A model generated the notes under the pieces. It had not been told where the DNA came from. It saw nothing but the letters and a program-made list of their open reading frames with translations, and did not search any database. Positions 1 through 8,825 of a stretch of 64,000 nt of DNA are shown one piece after another; positions within the stretch are counted from its first letter, which is position 1; each line of letters starts with the position of its first letter. The stretch comes from an uncultured Candidatus Saccharibacteria bacterium (GTDB lineage: Bacteria > Patescibacteriota > Minisyncoccia > UBA6257 > UBA9933): positions 64,899 to 128,898 of the forward strand of contig CAZXNT010000003.1 of assembly GCA_964642155.1 (NCBI GenBank), given 5' to 3'. A program made the position numbers and the translations under genes.

Positions 1-128
1 TTTGTCGCTTTACCGAGAAATTTTGAATATTCTTTTTTAAGTTGTGGAATATAAACGCCAATAGCCGACGGTCCGGGATTGCTCCGCGAACCACCGTCGC
101 AATATGCGATTATTTTATTTTTTTCCAT
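1..128 (-). CDS. rnhA: Ribonuclease HI, N-terminal part (runs off left edge)
   Basis: Not in ORF track; manual translation MEKNKIIAYCDGGSRSNPGPSAIGVYIP..EYSKFLGKAT matches the RNase HI DGxSRxNPGP motif. Confidence 0.9.
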   Translation of the reverse strand, partial: MEKNKIIAYCDGGSRSNPGPSAIGVYIPQLKKEYSKFLGKAT

Positions 129-946
129 GGAAATTTTGTTTCAGCGTTAAATGTAAAACCGGCAGCTGATTTATGCCCTCCGCCGCCGTATTTTTCCGCC
201 AAATCGGAAAGATTGATTTCTCCGCTATTTCTCAGCGACCCTTTAAATAATTTATTTCTGCGAGACCAAATCAAACCAATGGTTTTTTTGTTTTTTGAAA
301 CATAATTTCCCAATTCTGATTCCAAAATCGGCGAATTGACGACAAAAACTTGATGACCTTCAAAAATTGCTTTTTCGCCATATCCAACAATTTTTTTTAT
401 CAGATTATCCTGATATTTTACAATCGCCCTGCCCTCATTAATATATTTTTTTCTTTTTTTCGTATTTTCAAAATCATTCGCGATTTTATTCCATTTAACA
501 AAATCTAAATTATAAGTATTTAAAGAAGCCACTAATTCTCTTGTGTGGGGAATCTTGAATTTCCATATATCCATATCTTCAATAGCTCTTAAAAGTCGGG
601 GGATTTTTTTTGAGGGATAAAAATATTTCCAACTTAAAACCGCGGCGGAATTATCCACATTAAACAAATAATCCGTAGAAATTTTAATTTCGTCTTTTCT
701 GCCGATGTGATGGTCAATGACAACAACTTTTTTATTTTCATTTAAAAGGCGTTTCATCGTATTTTTATCAAAACATAAATCAACCAGATATATTTCCTTG
801 TTTTTTAATCCCTTCGGTAAAACGTCTTTTTCGCCCTTATATTGAATCGGCGTATAATCGGCTTTTCCGCCGAATTTTTTCCAAGCTGCCCAAGCGGCGC
901 CAAAACCATCCAAATCACTATGATATAAAACTATAATTTTCTTCAT
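110..946 (-). CDS. DHH/DHHA1 family phosphoesterase
   Basis: YHSDLDG, LVDL, IDHH and C-terminal GGGGHKSAAGF motifs. Confidence 0.9.
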   Translation of the reverse strand: MKKIIVLYHSDLDGFGAAWAAWKKFGGKADYTPIQYKGEKDVLPKGLKNKEIYLVDLCFDKNTMKRLLNENKKVVVIDHHIGRKDEIKISTDYLFNVDNSAAVLSWKYFYPSKKIPRLLRAIEDMDIWKFKIPHTRELVASLNTYNLDFVKWNKIANDFENTKKRKKYINEGRAIVKYQDNLIKKIVGYGEKAIFEGHQVFVVNSPILESELGNYVSKNKKTIGLIWSRRNKLFKGSLRNSGEINLSDLAEKYGGGGHKSAAGFTFNAETKFPWKKIK

Positions 947-950
947 AAAT

Positions 951-2099
951 TTATTTTAGCGCTTCTATCCCCGGCAGTTTTTTGCCCGCCAAATATTCTA
1001 ACATTGCTCCGCCGCCAGTGGATAGAAACACTGACTTATGCGGACTCAACATCGACTTATACAGACCGCTTTCCGTATTAGTCCGTGTATAGTCAGTATT
1101 AGTCCGTATAAAAAGCGAAGCGGTTTCGCCGCCGCCGATAACCACAAAAGATTTACTGTTTAAAATCGCTTTTGCGATTGCCTCCGAGCCTTTAGCGAAT
1201 CGCTTATCTTCAAAATATCCCATCGGACCATTCCAAATTATTGTTTCGGATTTCTTTATAATATCAGAATATAACTTCACTGTGTTTGGACCGATATCCA
1301 AAATTCTATTCTTATCAATTACATAATCAACCGGTAAAATCACCAAATTATTTTTTAATATTTTTTTGGCGAAATCAACGGTTTTTTCTTCAAAAATGGA
1401 ATCGCCTATCGGCAATCCTTGCGCCAATAAAAAATTATGAGCAATGCCTCCGCCAATTAAAAAATAATCGGCGCGATTAAGAAAATTTTTAATCAATCCG
1501 ATTTTATCGGAAATTTTCGCTCCGCCCAAAATTATAACCAGTGGCTTCTTGGAATTTTTCATCACCGAAGAAAGATTCTTAATTTCTTTTTCTAAAAGCA
1601 ACCCCGCATATGACGGCAAAAATTTCGTGATTGCTGAAACTGACGCGACATTGCGATGACTTACCGCAAAAGCATCGTTTATATAAATATCGCCTAATTT
1701 TGCTAATTGTTTTGCCAATCGCAAATCATTTTTCTTTTCCCCTGGCAAAAATCGCAAATTCTCAAGTAAAAAAATGTTGTTTGATTTTGATTTTTCAATT
1801 TCTTTCTTTATTTTTTGAAAATCAAAATTGCTTATAAATTTTATTTTACGATTCAATAATTTTGATAAAATTCCCGCAAACGGCTTTAAACTTAATTTTT
1901 TATCAAAACCATTTGGCCTTCCGCGATGGCTCAAAATCACCACTTTCGCGCCGTTATTAATTAAAAATTTTATTGTCGGTAAAATTCCCAAAATTCGCGG
2001 AGAATTTCTCGCCTCTTTTTCGGCAATATTCAAATCAACCCGCAAAAGACAAGTTTTCCCGGATAAATTTTTTTTGTTTAAAGACTTGAGAAATTTCAT
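951..2099 (-). CDS. pgk: Phosphoglycerate kinase
   Basis: LRVDLN, SHRGRP, LENLRF, NDAFAVSHR, WNGPMG, STGGGA motifs. Confidence 0.97.
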   Translation of the reverse strand: MKFLKSLNKKNLSGKTCLLRVDLNIAEKEARNSPRILGILPTIKFLINNGAKVVILSHRGRPNGFDKKLSLKPFAGILSKLLNRKIKFISNFDFQKIKKEIEKSKSNNIFLLENLRFLPGEKKNDLRLAKQLAKLGDIYINDAFAVSHRNVASVSAITKFLPSYAGLLLEKEIKNLSSVMKNSKKPLVIILGGAKISDKIGLIKNFLNRADYFLIGGGIAHNFLLAQGLPIGDSIFEEKTVDFAKKILKNNLVILPVDYVIDKNRILDIGPNTVKLYSDIIKKSETIIWNGPMGYFEDKRFAKGSEAIAKAILNSKSFVVIGGGETASLFIRTNTDYTRTNTESGLYKSMLSPHKSVFLSTGGGAMLEYLAGKKLPGIEALK

Positions 2100-2112
2100 A
2101 ATATAAACTTCT

Positions 2113-2186
2113 TGGAGCGGGTAACGGGAATCGAACCCGTGCCTTATCCTTGGGAAGGATACATAATACCACTATACGATACCCGC
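2113..2186 (-). tRNA. tRNA-Gly(CCC)
   Basis: Reverse complement GCGGGTA...TATCC-TTCCCAA-GGATA...GGTTCGATTCCC...TACCCGC-T-CCA folds as a cloverleaf. Confidence 0.95.
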
Positions 2187-2203
2187 GCACCATACTTTTA
2201 AAC

Positions 2204-2776
2204 TTATTTTACTATAACTTCCTTCCCGTTCCACTCAAATCCAGATAAAAAAATATTCACTCGCGCTTGCGCCCTGATATCTTTTATTTTCTCGTCAAAA
2301 TCTATTCCCGCCAAAAACAATCTATTCTCCAAAATTTCTTTTTTCGCCTGCGGTTTTAAAACTCTCTCTTTAAATTCACTAAGTGAAAAACTATATAAAG
2401 TTTCAACCGCCTTATCGGCAATCTGGTTTTCCGAAATTTCGCTTATTTTTTTTTCAACCAACGCATTTAAGTCGTTTTGTTTGATCTCTTTTTTTAATTC
2501 TCGGTCAATTAAAATATCTTCAATTAAATTATCGAGCACCGCGCGTTTTATTTCTCGCCTGGCTTCATCGGCTTTAAGAACTTGTGAATCTTGCGCGTAT
2601 GTTTCAAGAGCTTTTTCGTAATAATTTAAGGAAGTTGAATAATTCCTATTATAATCATTGACCATAATGGGACTGATACCGACAAGCGCAATGGGATAAA
2701 CACCGAATAAAATTAAAATAACAATAATTCCAGTCGCCGATGCCGAAAAAATAATAAGCTTTTTTTTATTTATCAT
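2204..2776 (-). CDS. Membrane-anchored SurA N-terminal-like protein
   Basis: N-terminal TM helix, PIALVG, VLDNLIEDILI; start placed at ATG 2776 overlapping the lepA stop (ATGA). Confidence 0.6.
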   Translation of the reverse strand: MINKKKLIIFSASATGIIVILILFGVYPIALVGISPIMVNDYNRNYSTSLNYYEKALETYAQDSQVLKADEARREIKRAVLDNLIEDILIDRELKKEIKQNDLNALVEKKISEISENQIADKAVETLYSFSLSEFKERVLKPQAKKEILENRLFLAGIDFDEKIKDIRAQARVNIFLSGFEWNGKEVIVK

Positions 2777-4554
2777 TTTATTATTTTTTTGAACACTTCC
2801 GCCGATATCCTCACCTGCGCCATGCTCAATAATTTCTTTTTCCCTTTTTTCTGCTTTTTCCATAATTTCATTTTACGCGTTCTATCGCCACCGTAAAGAT
2901 ACCCCGTAACGTCTTTTTTCATTGCGGACATGGTTTCCCGAGCGACAATTCTGCCGCCAGCCACCGCCTGAATTGCCTGACTAAACTGCTGACGCGGTAA
3001 AACATCTTTCAATTTTTCCACCATTTTACGCGCTTCATATTCAAGTTTTTTGCGCGGCACCACGCGTACCAACCCGGCAACCGACGCGTTAGCGACTAAA
3101 ATTTCCATTTTTTCAAGCTCAGCTTTTTGATAATCCGTCAATTCATAATTGAAAGAAGCGAATCCTTCGGAAACAGATTTCAACCGGTCATCAAAATCTG
3201 AAATAAGCTCAGCCAAGGGCATTTTAGCGGTTATTAAAATTATTCCTTCGGTCCCCAAATTATTCGTCGCTATATTTTCCATTCTGAAAATTTCTTTCAA
3301 TTGCAAAATTCCTCCGAGGTGTTCGCTTGGTGAAATAATTTCCAAATTTATCATCGGCTCTAAAATTTCCTTAATGTCATCCGGCAAATCCGCTGGATTA
3401 TCTATTATTAAATTATTAACTTTATAAGCGACTGACGGAAAACTGTTTATTGTTTTTATATCAAATTCTTTTTCCAAACGTTCAGCGGTAATTTCAAAAT
3501 GAAGCTTACCCAAGAAACCGACTTTAAATCCACGCCCAAGTACCTCATTAAAATCCGCTTCAAATTTTAAAGACGAATCATTTAGTTTCAACCGGCCAAA
3601 CGCTTTTTTCAAATCGTCGTATTGGTTACTTTCTTCGGGATAAAAAGAAACAAACACAACCGGCTTCGGTTCGTCATAGCCTGGCAAAGCCAAGTTCGCA
3701 AACTCACGCTGACTCAACGCAGAATTACGCAGAATGGTATCGCCAATTTTAATGTGACTTGGGTCTTTCAAGCCGGTGGCGATATAGCCGATTTCACCGA
3801 CTGATAATTTACCAATCGGCTTTAATTGCGGTAAAAAATATCCGATTTCTTTCATTTTAAATTTTTCATCGGCAGCTATTAAATACGCTTCTTCATTAAC
3901 ATTAAATTCTCCGTTAAAAACACGAATGGAAGCAATAATACCTTTGTGGTCGTCGTAAAATGAATCAAAAATGAGAGCGCGGGACGCGCTTGATAAATTT
4001 TCATTAAGATTTGGAATTTTTTCTATAATTTTTTTTAAAAGTTCTTCCACGCCTTTGCCGGTTTTAGCGGATATTTTATGAATTTCTTCCGGCTCACAGC
4101 CGATTAAATCCGCCAAATCTTTTATTCTTCTGCTTAATTGCTCTTCGCCGCTTATTAAATCAACCTTATTAATAGCGCCGATAATTTTAAGTCCGGATTT
4201 TTTAGCAGCATAAAATTTTGCCAAAGTTTGCGCTTGAATTCCCTGCGTTATATCAACAAGCAAAATCGCGCCTTCAACAGCCGCCAATGCCCGCGATACT
4301 TCGTAAGAAAAATCAGAATGCCCGGGCGTATCAATCATATTTAGAATATAATTTCCATAAATCATCCGTACCGGCGCCATTTTAATAGTGATTCCCCTTT
4401 CCCGTTCCGATTCCAAAGAATCCAAAAACTGCTCCTTCATTTGCCGGCTGTCAACGGTTTTGGTAATTTCCAAAAACCTGTCCGCCAAAGTTGATTTGCC
4501 GTGGTCAATATGACTGATTATCACGAAATTTCGGATATTTACAGCATTATTCAT
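2773..4554 (-). CDS. lepA: Elongation factor 4 (LepA)
   Basis: HIDHGKSTLADR, ERERGITIK, DTPGH, C-terminal KDVTGYLYGGDRTRKMKL. Confidence 0.97.
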   Translation of the reverse strand: MNNAVNIRNFVIISHIDHGKSTLADRFLEITKTVDSRQMKEQFLDSLESERERGITIKMAPVRMIYGNYILNMIDTPGHSDFSYEVSRALAAVEGAILLVDITQGIQAQTLAKFYAAKKSGLKIIGAINKVDLISGEEQLSRRIKDLADLIGCEPEEIHKISAKTGKGVEELLKKIIEKIPNLNENLSSASRALIFDSFYDDHKGIIASIRVFNGEFNVNEEAYLIAADEKFKMKEIGYFLPQLKPIGKLSVGEIGYIATGLKDPSHIKIGDTILRNSALSQREFANLALPGYDEPKPVVFVSFYPEESNQYDDLKKAFGRLKLNDSSLKFEADFNEVLGRGFKVGFLGKLHFEITAERLEKEFDIKTINSFPSVAYKVNNLIIDNPADLPDDIKEILEPMINLEIISPSEHLGGILQLKEIFRMENIATNNLGTEGIILITAKMPLAELISDFDDRLKSVSEGFASFNYELTDYQKAELEKMEILVANASVAGLVRVVPRKKLEYEARKMVEKLKDVLPRQQFSQAIQAVAGGRIVARETMSAMKKDVTGYLYGGDRTRKMKLWKKQKKGKKKLLSMAQVRISAEVFKKIIK

Positions 4555-4575
4555 AATTGCTATAATAATATATAA

Positions 4576-5358
4576 ATGAACAAAAAACTAATTGTTTTTA
4601 ACTGGAAAAGTAATCCTGCCACTGTTGGCGCGGCAATAAAATTGACAAAAGCAGTTGAAAACAATATTCCTCAAAAAAACGCGCTGGAAATCGTTATCGC
4701 CCCGCCGTTTCTTTTTATGGAAGAAATTGAGAAGTTAGTTAAAAAAGCGAAATTGGGAAGCCAAGATGTATTTTGGTCCGCCAGTGGGCGGACGCCAGCC
4801 GGCAAAGGCCCGTATACCGGAGAAATTTCGCCGAAAATGCTGAAAAATTTGGGAGTTGAATATGTTATTATCGGCCATTCCGAACGCCGCCGAATTTTGG
4901 GCGAGACTGACGAAATGATAAATAAAAAAGTTTTGGCGGCTTTGAAAACCGGCTTAAAAGTAATTCTCTGTGTTGGAGAAAATTTAATAATTCGCAAACG
5001 CGGGAAAAAAACAATTAAAAATTTCATTAAAAACCAACTAAAAAAAGATTTAAAAAATTCTAAATTCTTAATTCTGAATTCTAAATTACGCAATCACTTA
5101 GTGATTGCGTATGAGCCTGTCTGGGCAATCGGCACCGGACATAACGACACTCCCAAAGATGCAGTAGAAATAATAAAATTCATCAAGCAAAATCTACAAT
5201 CTACAATCTATAATCTACAAACTAAAGTATTATACGGCGGTTCGGTAGATGGTAAAAACATTAAAAATTTTGTAAAATATAAAGAGATTGACGGATTTTT
5301 AATCGGTGGTGCAAGCTTAAAACCGAAAGAAATAAAAAATATAATTAAATCAATATGA
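4576..5358 (+). CDS. tpiA: Triosephosphate isomerase
   Basis: NWK, GPYTGEIS, IIGHSERR, AYEPVWAIGTG, YGGSV, GGAS. Confidence 0.97.
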   Translation: MNKKLIVFNWKSNPATVGAAIKLTKAVENNIPQKNALEIVIAPPFLFMEEIEKLVKKAKLGSQDVFWSASGRTPAGKGPYTGEISPKMLKNLGVEYVIIGHSERRRILGETDEMINKKVLAALKTGLKVILCVGENLIIRKRGKKTIKNFIKNQLKKDLKNSKFLILNSKLRNHLVIAYEPVWAIGTGHNDTPKDAVEIIKFIKQNLQSTIYNLQTKVLYGGSVDGKNIKNFVKYKEIDGFLIGGASLKPKEIKNIIKSI

Positions 5359-5438
5359 AAAAGTGGACAAAAATACTCGCTAAAATAATTATAATTTTGA
5401 TTGCTCTGATGACAATCGCGTCATTAAGCTTTTTCTAA
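5355..5438 (+). CDS. 27-aa single-TM micro-protein MKKWTKILAKIIIILIALMTIASLSFF
   Basis: ATGA overlap with tpiA stop; its TAA abuts the next ATG; fills the gap exactly. Confidence 0.6.
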   Translation: MKKWTKILAKIIIILIALMTIASLSFF

Positions 5439-6107
5439 ATGCCTGAAAAAATATTTCTAAAAACAAAAGATGGCGTGAAAATCGCCACTGATTTGTATGA
5501 CGTTGAAAAACCGATTGGTTGGCTCATTTTATCGCATATGATGCCCGCGACAAAAGAATCTTATGAAGATTTGGCGATTAAACTACAAAATGCCGGCTAC
5601 GAAAACATTGCTATTGATTTGCGCGGACATGGAAAATCCGATGGCGGCCCAAAGGGATTTTTTAATTTTTTAGACGAAGACCACCAAAAAAGTATTTTAG
5701 ATATTCAAGCCGCGGTTGATTATTTAATAAAAGAACGCAATGCGACGCCGGATAAAATCTCACTTATCGGCGCTTCCATCGGAGCCAATTTATCGTTACA
5801 ATATATTATAGAAAATTCAAAGTTCCAAACCGCAATTTTGCTCTCGCCGGGATTAAATTATAGAGGAATAAAAACCGAACCATTTACCATAAAAATTAAA
5901 CCTGATCAAAAAGTATTTTTAATCTCTGCTAAAGATGATAATGTCCCTCAAAATGCCGAACAAACTAAAAAACTTTATGATTTAATTTATGAAAATAAAA
6001 ATAAAAAAATCCAGATTTACGAAACCGGCGGCCATGGAACGGATATTTTAAAAAACCAACCGAATTTATATAATTTAATTATTCAATTTATTAAAAATAA
6101 GATATAA
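5439..6107 (+). CDS. Alpha/beta hydrolase
   Basis: DLRGHGKS, GASIGA nucleophile elbow, C-terminal GGHG. Confidence 0.9.
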   Translation: MPEKIFLKTKDGVKIATDLYDVEKPIGWLILSHMMPATKESYEDLAIKLQNAGYENIAIDLRGHGKSDGGPKGFFNFLDEDHQKSILDIQAAVDYLIKERNATPDKISLIGASIGANLSLQYIIENSKFQTAILLSPGLNYRGIKTEPFTIKIKPDQKVFLISAKDDNVPQNAEQTKKLYDLIYENKNKKIQIYETGGHGTDILKNQPNLYNLIIQFIKNKI

Positions 6108-6114
6108 TAAATTT

Positions 6115-6621
6115 ATGGACATTCAATCAAATTCCTTAAAAAAACAAGTTGGGAAGTTCGCGATTGTCGGAGTTATAAATACGCTTATTGATATTGCCAT
6201 ACTCAACAGTTTGGTATTTTTAGGATTTACCGTCGCCTTAATGGTTGTCGGGCAAAAATTTTTAATCGCGAATATTATTTCCGTCGTCATTGCTATGATA
6301 AACAGCTTTATCTTAAATAAACAATGGACTTTCAAGACCGAAGAAGGAAATATTTACAAGCAAATTTTCCAATTTTTAGCCATTACGATTATCGGCATGT
6401 TTGTAATCCATCAAATAATTTTCAACGCGCTTTATTACGGCTTGCCGTCAATTTCAAATTTTATTGTTTCAATCGTCCACTTCTTAAAACTTAGCGGTAT
6501 TTTTTCAGATTCTTTTATAGCGCTTAATTTTGCAAAAATTATCGCCATCATCGGCTCTTTAATTTGGAATTTTATCGGATATAAATTTATTGTTTTTAAG
6601 AAAAAAGAGTTGACTTTTTAA
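6115..6621 (+). CDS. GtrA family membrane protein
   Basis: KFAIVGVINTLID, NSFILNKQWTF, WNFIGYKFIVF. Confidence 0.9.
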   Translation: MDIQSNSLKKQVGKFAIVGVINTLIDIAILNSLVFLGFTVALMVVGQKFLIANIISVVIAMINSFILNKQWTFKTEEGNIYKQIFQFLAITIIGMFVIHQIIFNALYYGLPSISNFIVSIVHFLKLSGIFSDSFIALNFAKIIAIIGSLIWNFIGYKFIVFKKKELTF

Positions 6622-6638
6622 AAGTCTTTATATATAAT
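6610..6638 (+). promoter_or_regulatory. Sigma70-type promoter
   Basis: TTGACT-N17-TATAAT. Confidence 0.7.
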
Positions 6639-6643
6639 GTTTC

Positions 6644-6727
6644 AATGAGTGGTAATAGCTCTGTACGATGATATCTATAAAGAGCCATTATTCCGGTTTG
6701 CAACCCCGCCCTTGTGGCGGGGTTTTT
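6644..6727 (+). ncRNA. Candidate small RNA, or leaderless 8-aa ORF MSGNSSVR (6645-6671), ending in an intrinsic terminator
   Basis: Consensus promoter upstream, internal hairpin, terminator AACCCCGCC-CTTGT-GGCGGGGTT-TTT at 6702-6727. Confidence 0.45.
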
Positions 6728-6762
6728 GTTGTGTAAAATTGTTTATTTATATAAAATAATAT

Positions 6763-6819
6763 TGGGACCGTTGAAAGCACTCACTCATTGCAAGCTGGAG
6801 GTAAACGTCAGCGGTCCCA
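6763..6819 (+). ncRNA. Candidate ~56-nt small RNA
   Basis: 12-bp closing stem TGGGACCGTTGA/TCAGCGGTCCCA; upstream TTGTGT-N17-TAAAAT. Confidence 0.45.
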
Positions 6820-6854
6820 TTTTAAATTATTTTTCCATTAAGAGCGCTTACCTC

Positions 6855-6989
6855 AGACAAACTTGTCTTTCAGAAACAGAATAATTTTGCTCCAGCGGCA
6901 AAATTTTCTTCGCCCTCGGCGCGCTGGCTTCACTTCACTCAGACCAAGCCCAGCGCGCCTGCGGGATGTTCCTCAAAACAAGTTCGTCT
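6855..6989. repeat. GC-rich multi-hairpin palindromic element (MITE/REP-like)
   Basis: Terminal IR AGACAAACTTGT/ACAAGTTCGTCT; inner stems AATTTTGC/GCAAAATT and GGCGCGCTGG/CCAGCGCGCC. Confidence 0.5.
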
Positions 6990-7038
6990 TCGGTTTTAAA
7001 TATCGTTAATAAAAAAATTTAAAATGATATTAAAATAA

Positions 7039-8040
7039 ATGGATTTTGAAACAAATGTTCCGTTAAAACAAATAAGCCATTATAAAATCGGCGGAAACGC
7101 CAAATATTTTTTTGAAGCGAAAAACACCGATGATTTAATTAAGGCGATAGAGAAACAAAGACAATTAAAAACGCCCTTATTTGTTTTGGCCGGCGCGACA
7201 AATGTTTTGATTGACGACAATGGATTTGACGGTTTAATTATAAAACCTGATTTAAAATTTCTTAAAAAAGAAAATGATGTTTTAATAAGCGCCGGCGCCG
7301 GCGTTTTAATAAAAGACTTGGTGAATTTCACTTTGGAAAAAAACTTTTCCGGACTAGAATGGGCCGCCGGCTTGCCCGGAACTTTAGGTGGAGCGATTCG
7401 CGGCAATGCCGGAGCTTTTAACGGAGAAATGAAAGATGCGATTAAAGAAGTTGTGAGTTTGGACATATCGCAGAAAAATCCCAAAATAATAAAACGCAAA
7501 TTTAAAGATTGCGATTTTCAATACCGTTCCAGTGTTTTTAAGAAGCAATCCTTCGACAAGCTCAGGACAAGTTCCTTCGACAAGCTCAGGACAAAAGAAA
7601 TTATTATGGAAGCGACGTTAAAACTCCAGAAAAGTAGCCGAAAAAAAATAGAAGAGGAAATGATAAAAAATATCAATTATCGCCTATTAAAACACCCCAT
7701 GGAATATCCCAGTTTAGGCAGCACATTCAAAAATGTTCCGCTAACACAAATAAATTCTAAAATTATTAACATAAATCCGCTTTTTAATCCGCATAAATCT
7801 GTGTCTATTATAAAAAATGACCCGTTCCCGATTATTCCGGCCGCTTATTTGATTTCTGAGGCAGGATTAAAAGGAATTTCCATAGGCGGAGCAATGATTT
7901 CGCCGAAACATCCGAATTTTATCGTTAATGTTCTTGACGCAAAAGCAAAAGACGTGGAAAATTTAATTCAACTTATAAAAAATGAAGTGAATAAAAAATT
8001 TAAAATTGAGCTTCAAGAAGAAATAGAATACTTAATCTAA
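7039..8040 (+). CDS. murB: UDP-N-acetylmuramate dehydrogenase
   Basis: YKIGGNA, GLEWAAGLPGTLGGAIRGNAGA, YRSS, SLGSTFKN, KHPNFIVN. Confidence 0.95.
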   Translation: MDFETNVPLKQISHYKIGGNAKYFFEAKNTDDLIKAIEKQRQLKTPLFVLAGATNVLIDDNGFDGLIIKPDLKFLKKENDVLISAGAGVLIKDLVNFTLEKNFSGLEWAAGLPGTLGGAIRGNAGAFNGEMKDAIKEVVSLDISQKNPKIIKRKFKDCDFQYRSSVFKKQSFDKLRTSSFDKLRTKEIIMEATLKLQKSSRKKIEEEMIKNINYRLLKHPMEYPSLGSTFKNVPLTQINSKIININPLFNPHKSVSIIKNDPFPIIPAAYLISEAGLKGISIGGAMISPKHPNFIVNVLDAKAKDVENLIQLIKNEVNKKFKIELQEEIEYLI

Positions 8041-8058
8041 ATTTTTGAGCCGAAAAAG

Positions 8059-8105
8059 TTATCCACAGTTATCCACATTGCATTTCATTTTAAATTTGTT
8101 AAAAT
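8059..8105 (+). promoter_or_regulatory. Two tandem DnaA boxes abutting a putative promoter
   Basis: TTATCCACA at 8059 and 8069, then TTGCAT...TGtTAAAAT. Confidence 0.55.
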
Positions 8106-8344
8106 TTATATAAGAAGAATTAAAAATTATTTAAAATTAGAGAGCGAAATAAAAAGAAAAAGAAATTTTATTTTTATTGAGCGAACTAATTATATGAAAT
8201 ACAATTTCATATAAAAAATTCTTCTTTGTAAAAAAGTCGTCAAAGGTCAGCGTGTAAAATTAGGTGGTCGTCAATTTTATCGCTGATTATAAAATAAATA
8301 TCCGTCTTATCTTTAATAAAATTAAGATACAACGGATTACTTAA

Positions 8345-8386
8345 ATGGCTGCTAAGAAAAAAGCAAAGGGAAAGAAAAAGAAGTAA
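8345..8386 (+). CDS. 13-aa lysine-rich micro-peptide MAAKKKAKGKKKK
   Basis: Only sensible ORF between a promoter and a strong terminator. Confidence 0.55.
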   Translation: MAAKKKAKGKKKK

Positions 8387-8393
8387 TTTTCTA

Positions 8394-8426
8394 CCCCGCC
8401 AGTCCATGGACTGGCGGGGTCTTTTA
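8394..8426 (+). terminator. Intrinsic terminator
   Basis: ACCCCGCCAGTCC-AT-GGACTGGCGGGGT followed by CTTTT. Confidence 0.8.
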
Positions 8427-8455
8427 TTTTAAAACAATTAATTTATAATAATAAC

Positions 8456-8794
8456 ATGCAAATAATCATCCATTCAAAAAATCTTGACATTACGCCGTCA
8501 ATTCGCGAATACGTGGAAATAAAAATCGGCTCGTTAAACCATCTTTTGCAAAGATTTGAAACTAGGGGAGAAATTAAAACGGAAATTGAAATAGCGAGAA
8601 CTACAAAACATCACAAACACGGAGATGTCTTTTACGCCGAAGCAAATCTACACTTGCCGAAAAAAATTTTACGCGCCGAACATTACGATTCCGACATCAG
8701 AATCGCTATTGACGAGATAAAAAACAAACTTCACAACGAAATTATTAAATATAAAGAACTTTCAGTCGACCATCGTCCGGAGAAAAAACAATAA
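8456..8794 (+). CDS. raiA: Ribosome hibernation factor (RaiA/HPF, short form)
   Basis: KNLDITPSIREYVEIKI, AEANLHLP, DIRIAIDEIKNKL. Confidence 0.9.
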   Translation: MQIIIHSKNLDITPSIREYVEIKIGSLNHLLQRFETRGEIKTEIEIARTTKHHKHGDVFYAEANLHLPKKILRAEHYDSDIRIAIDEIKNKLHNEIIKYKELSVDHRPEKKQ

Positions 8795-8825
8795 AATAAA
8801 AATCGTCCCGCTAAGCGAGGGATTT

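Noticed and set aside
8041-8340. Replication origin
   Set aside because: Only two DnaA boxes and no dnaA/dnaN nearby; better explained as a promoter region; skew cannot be judged from this window
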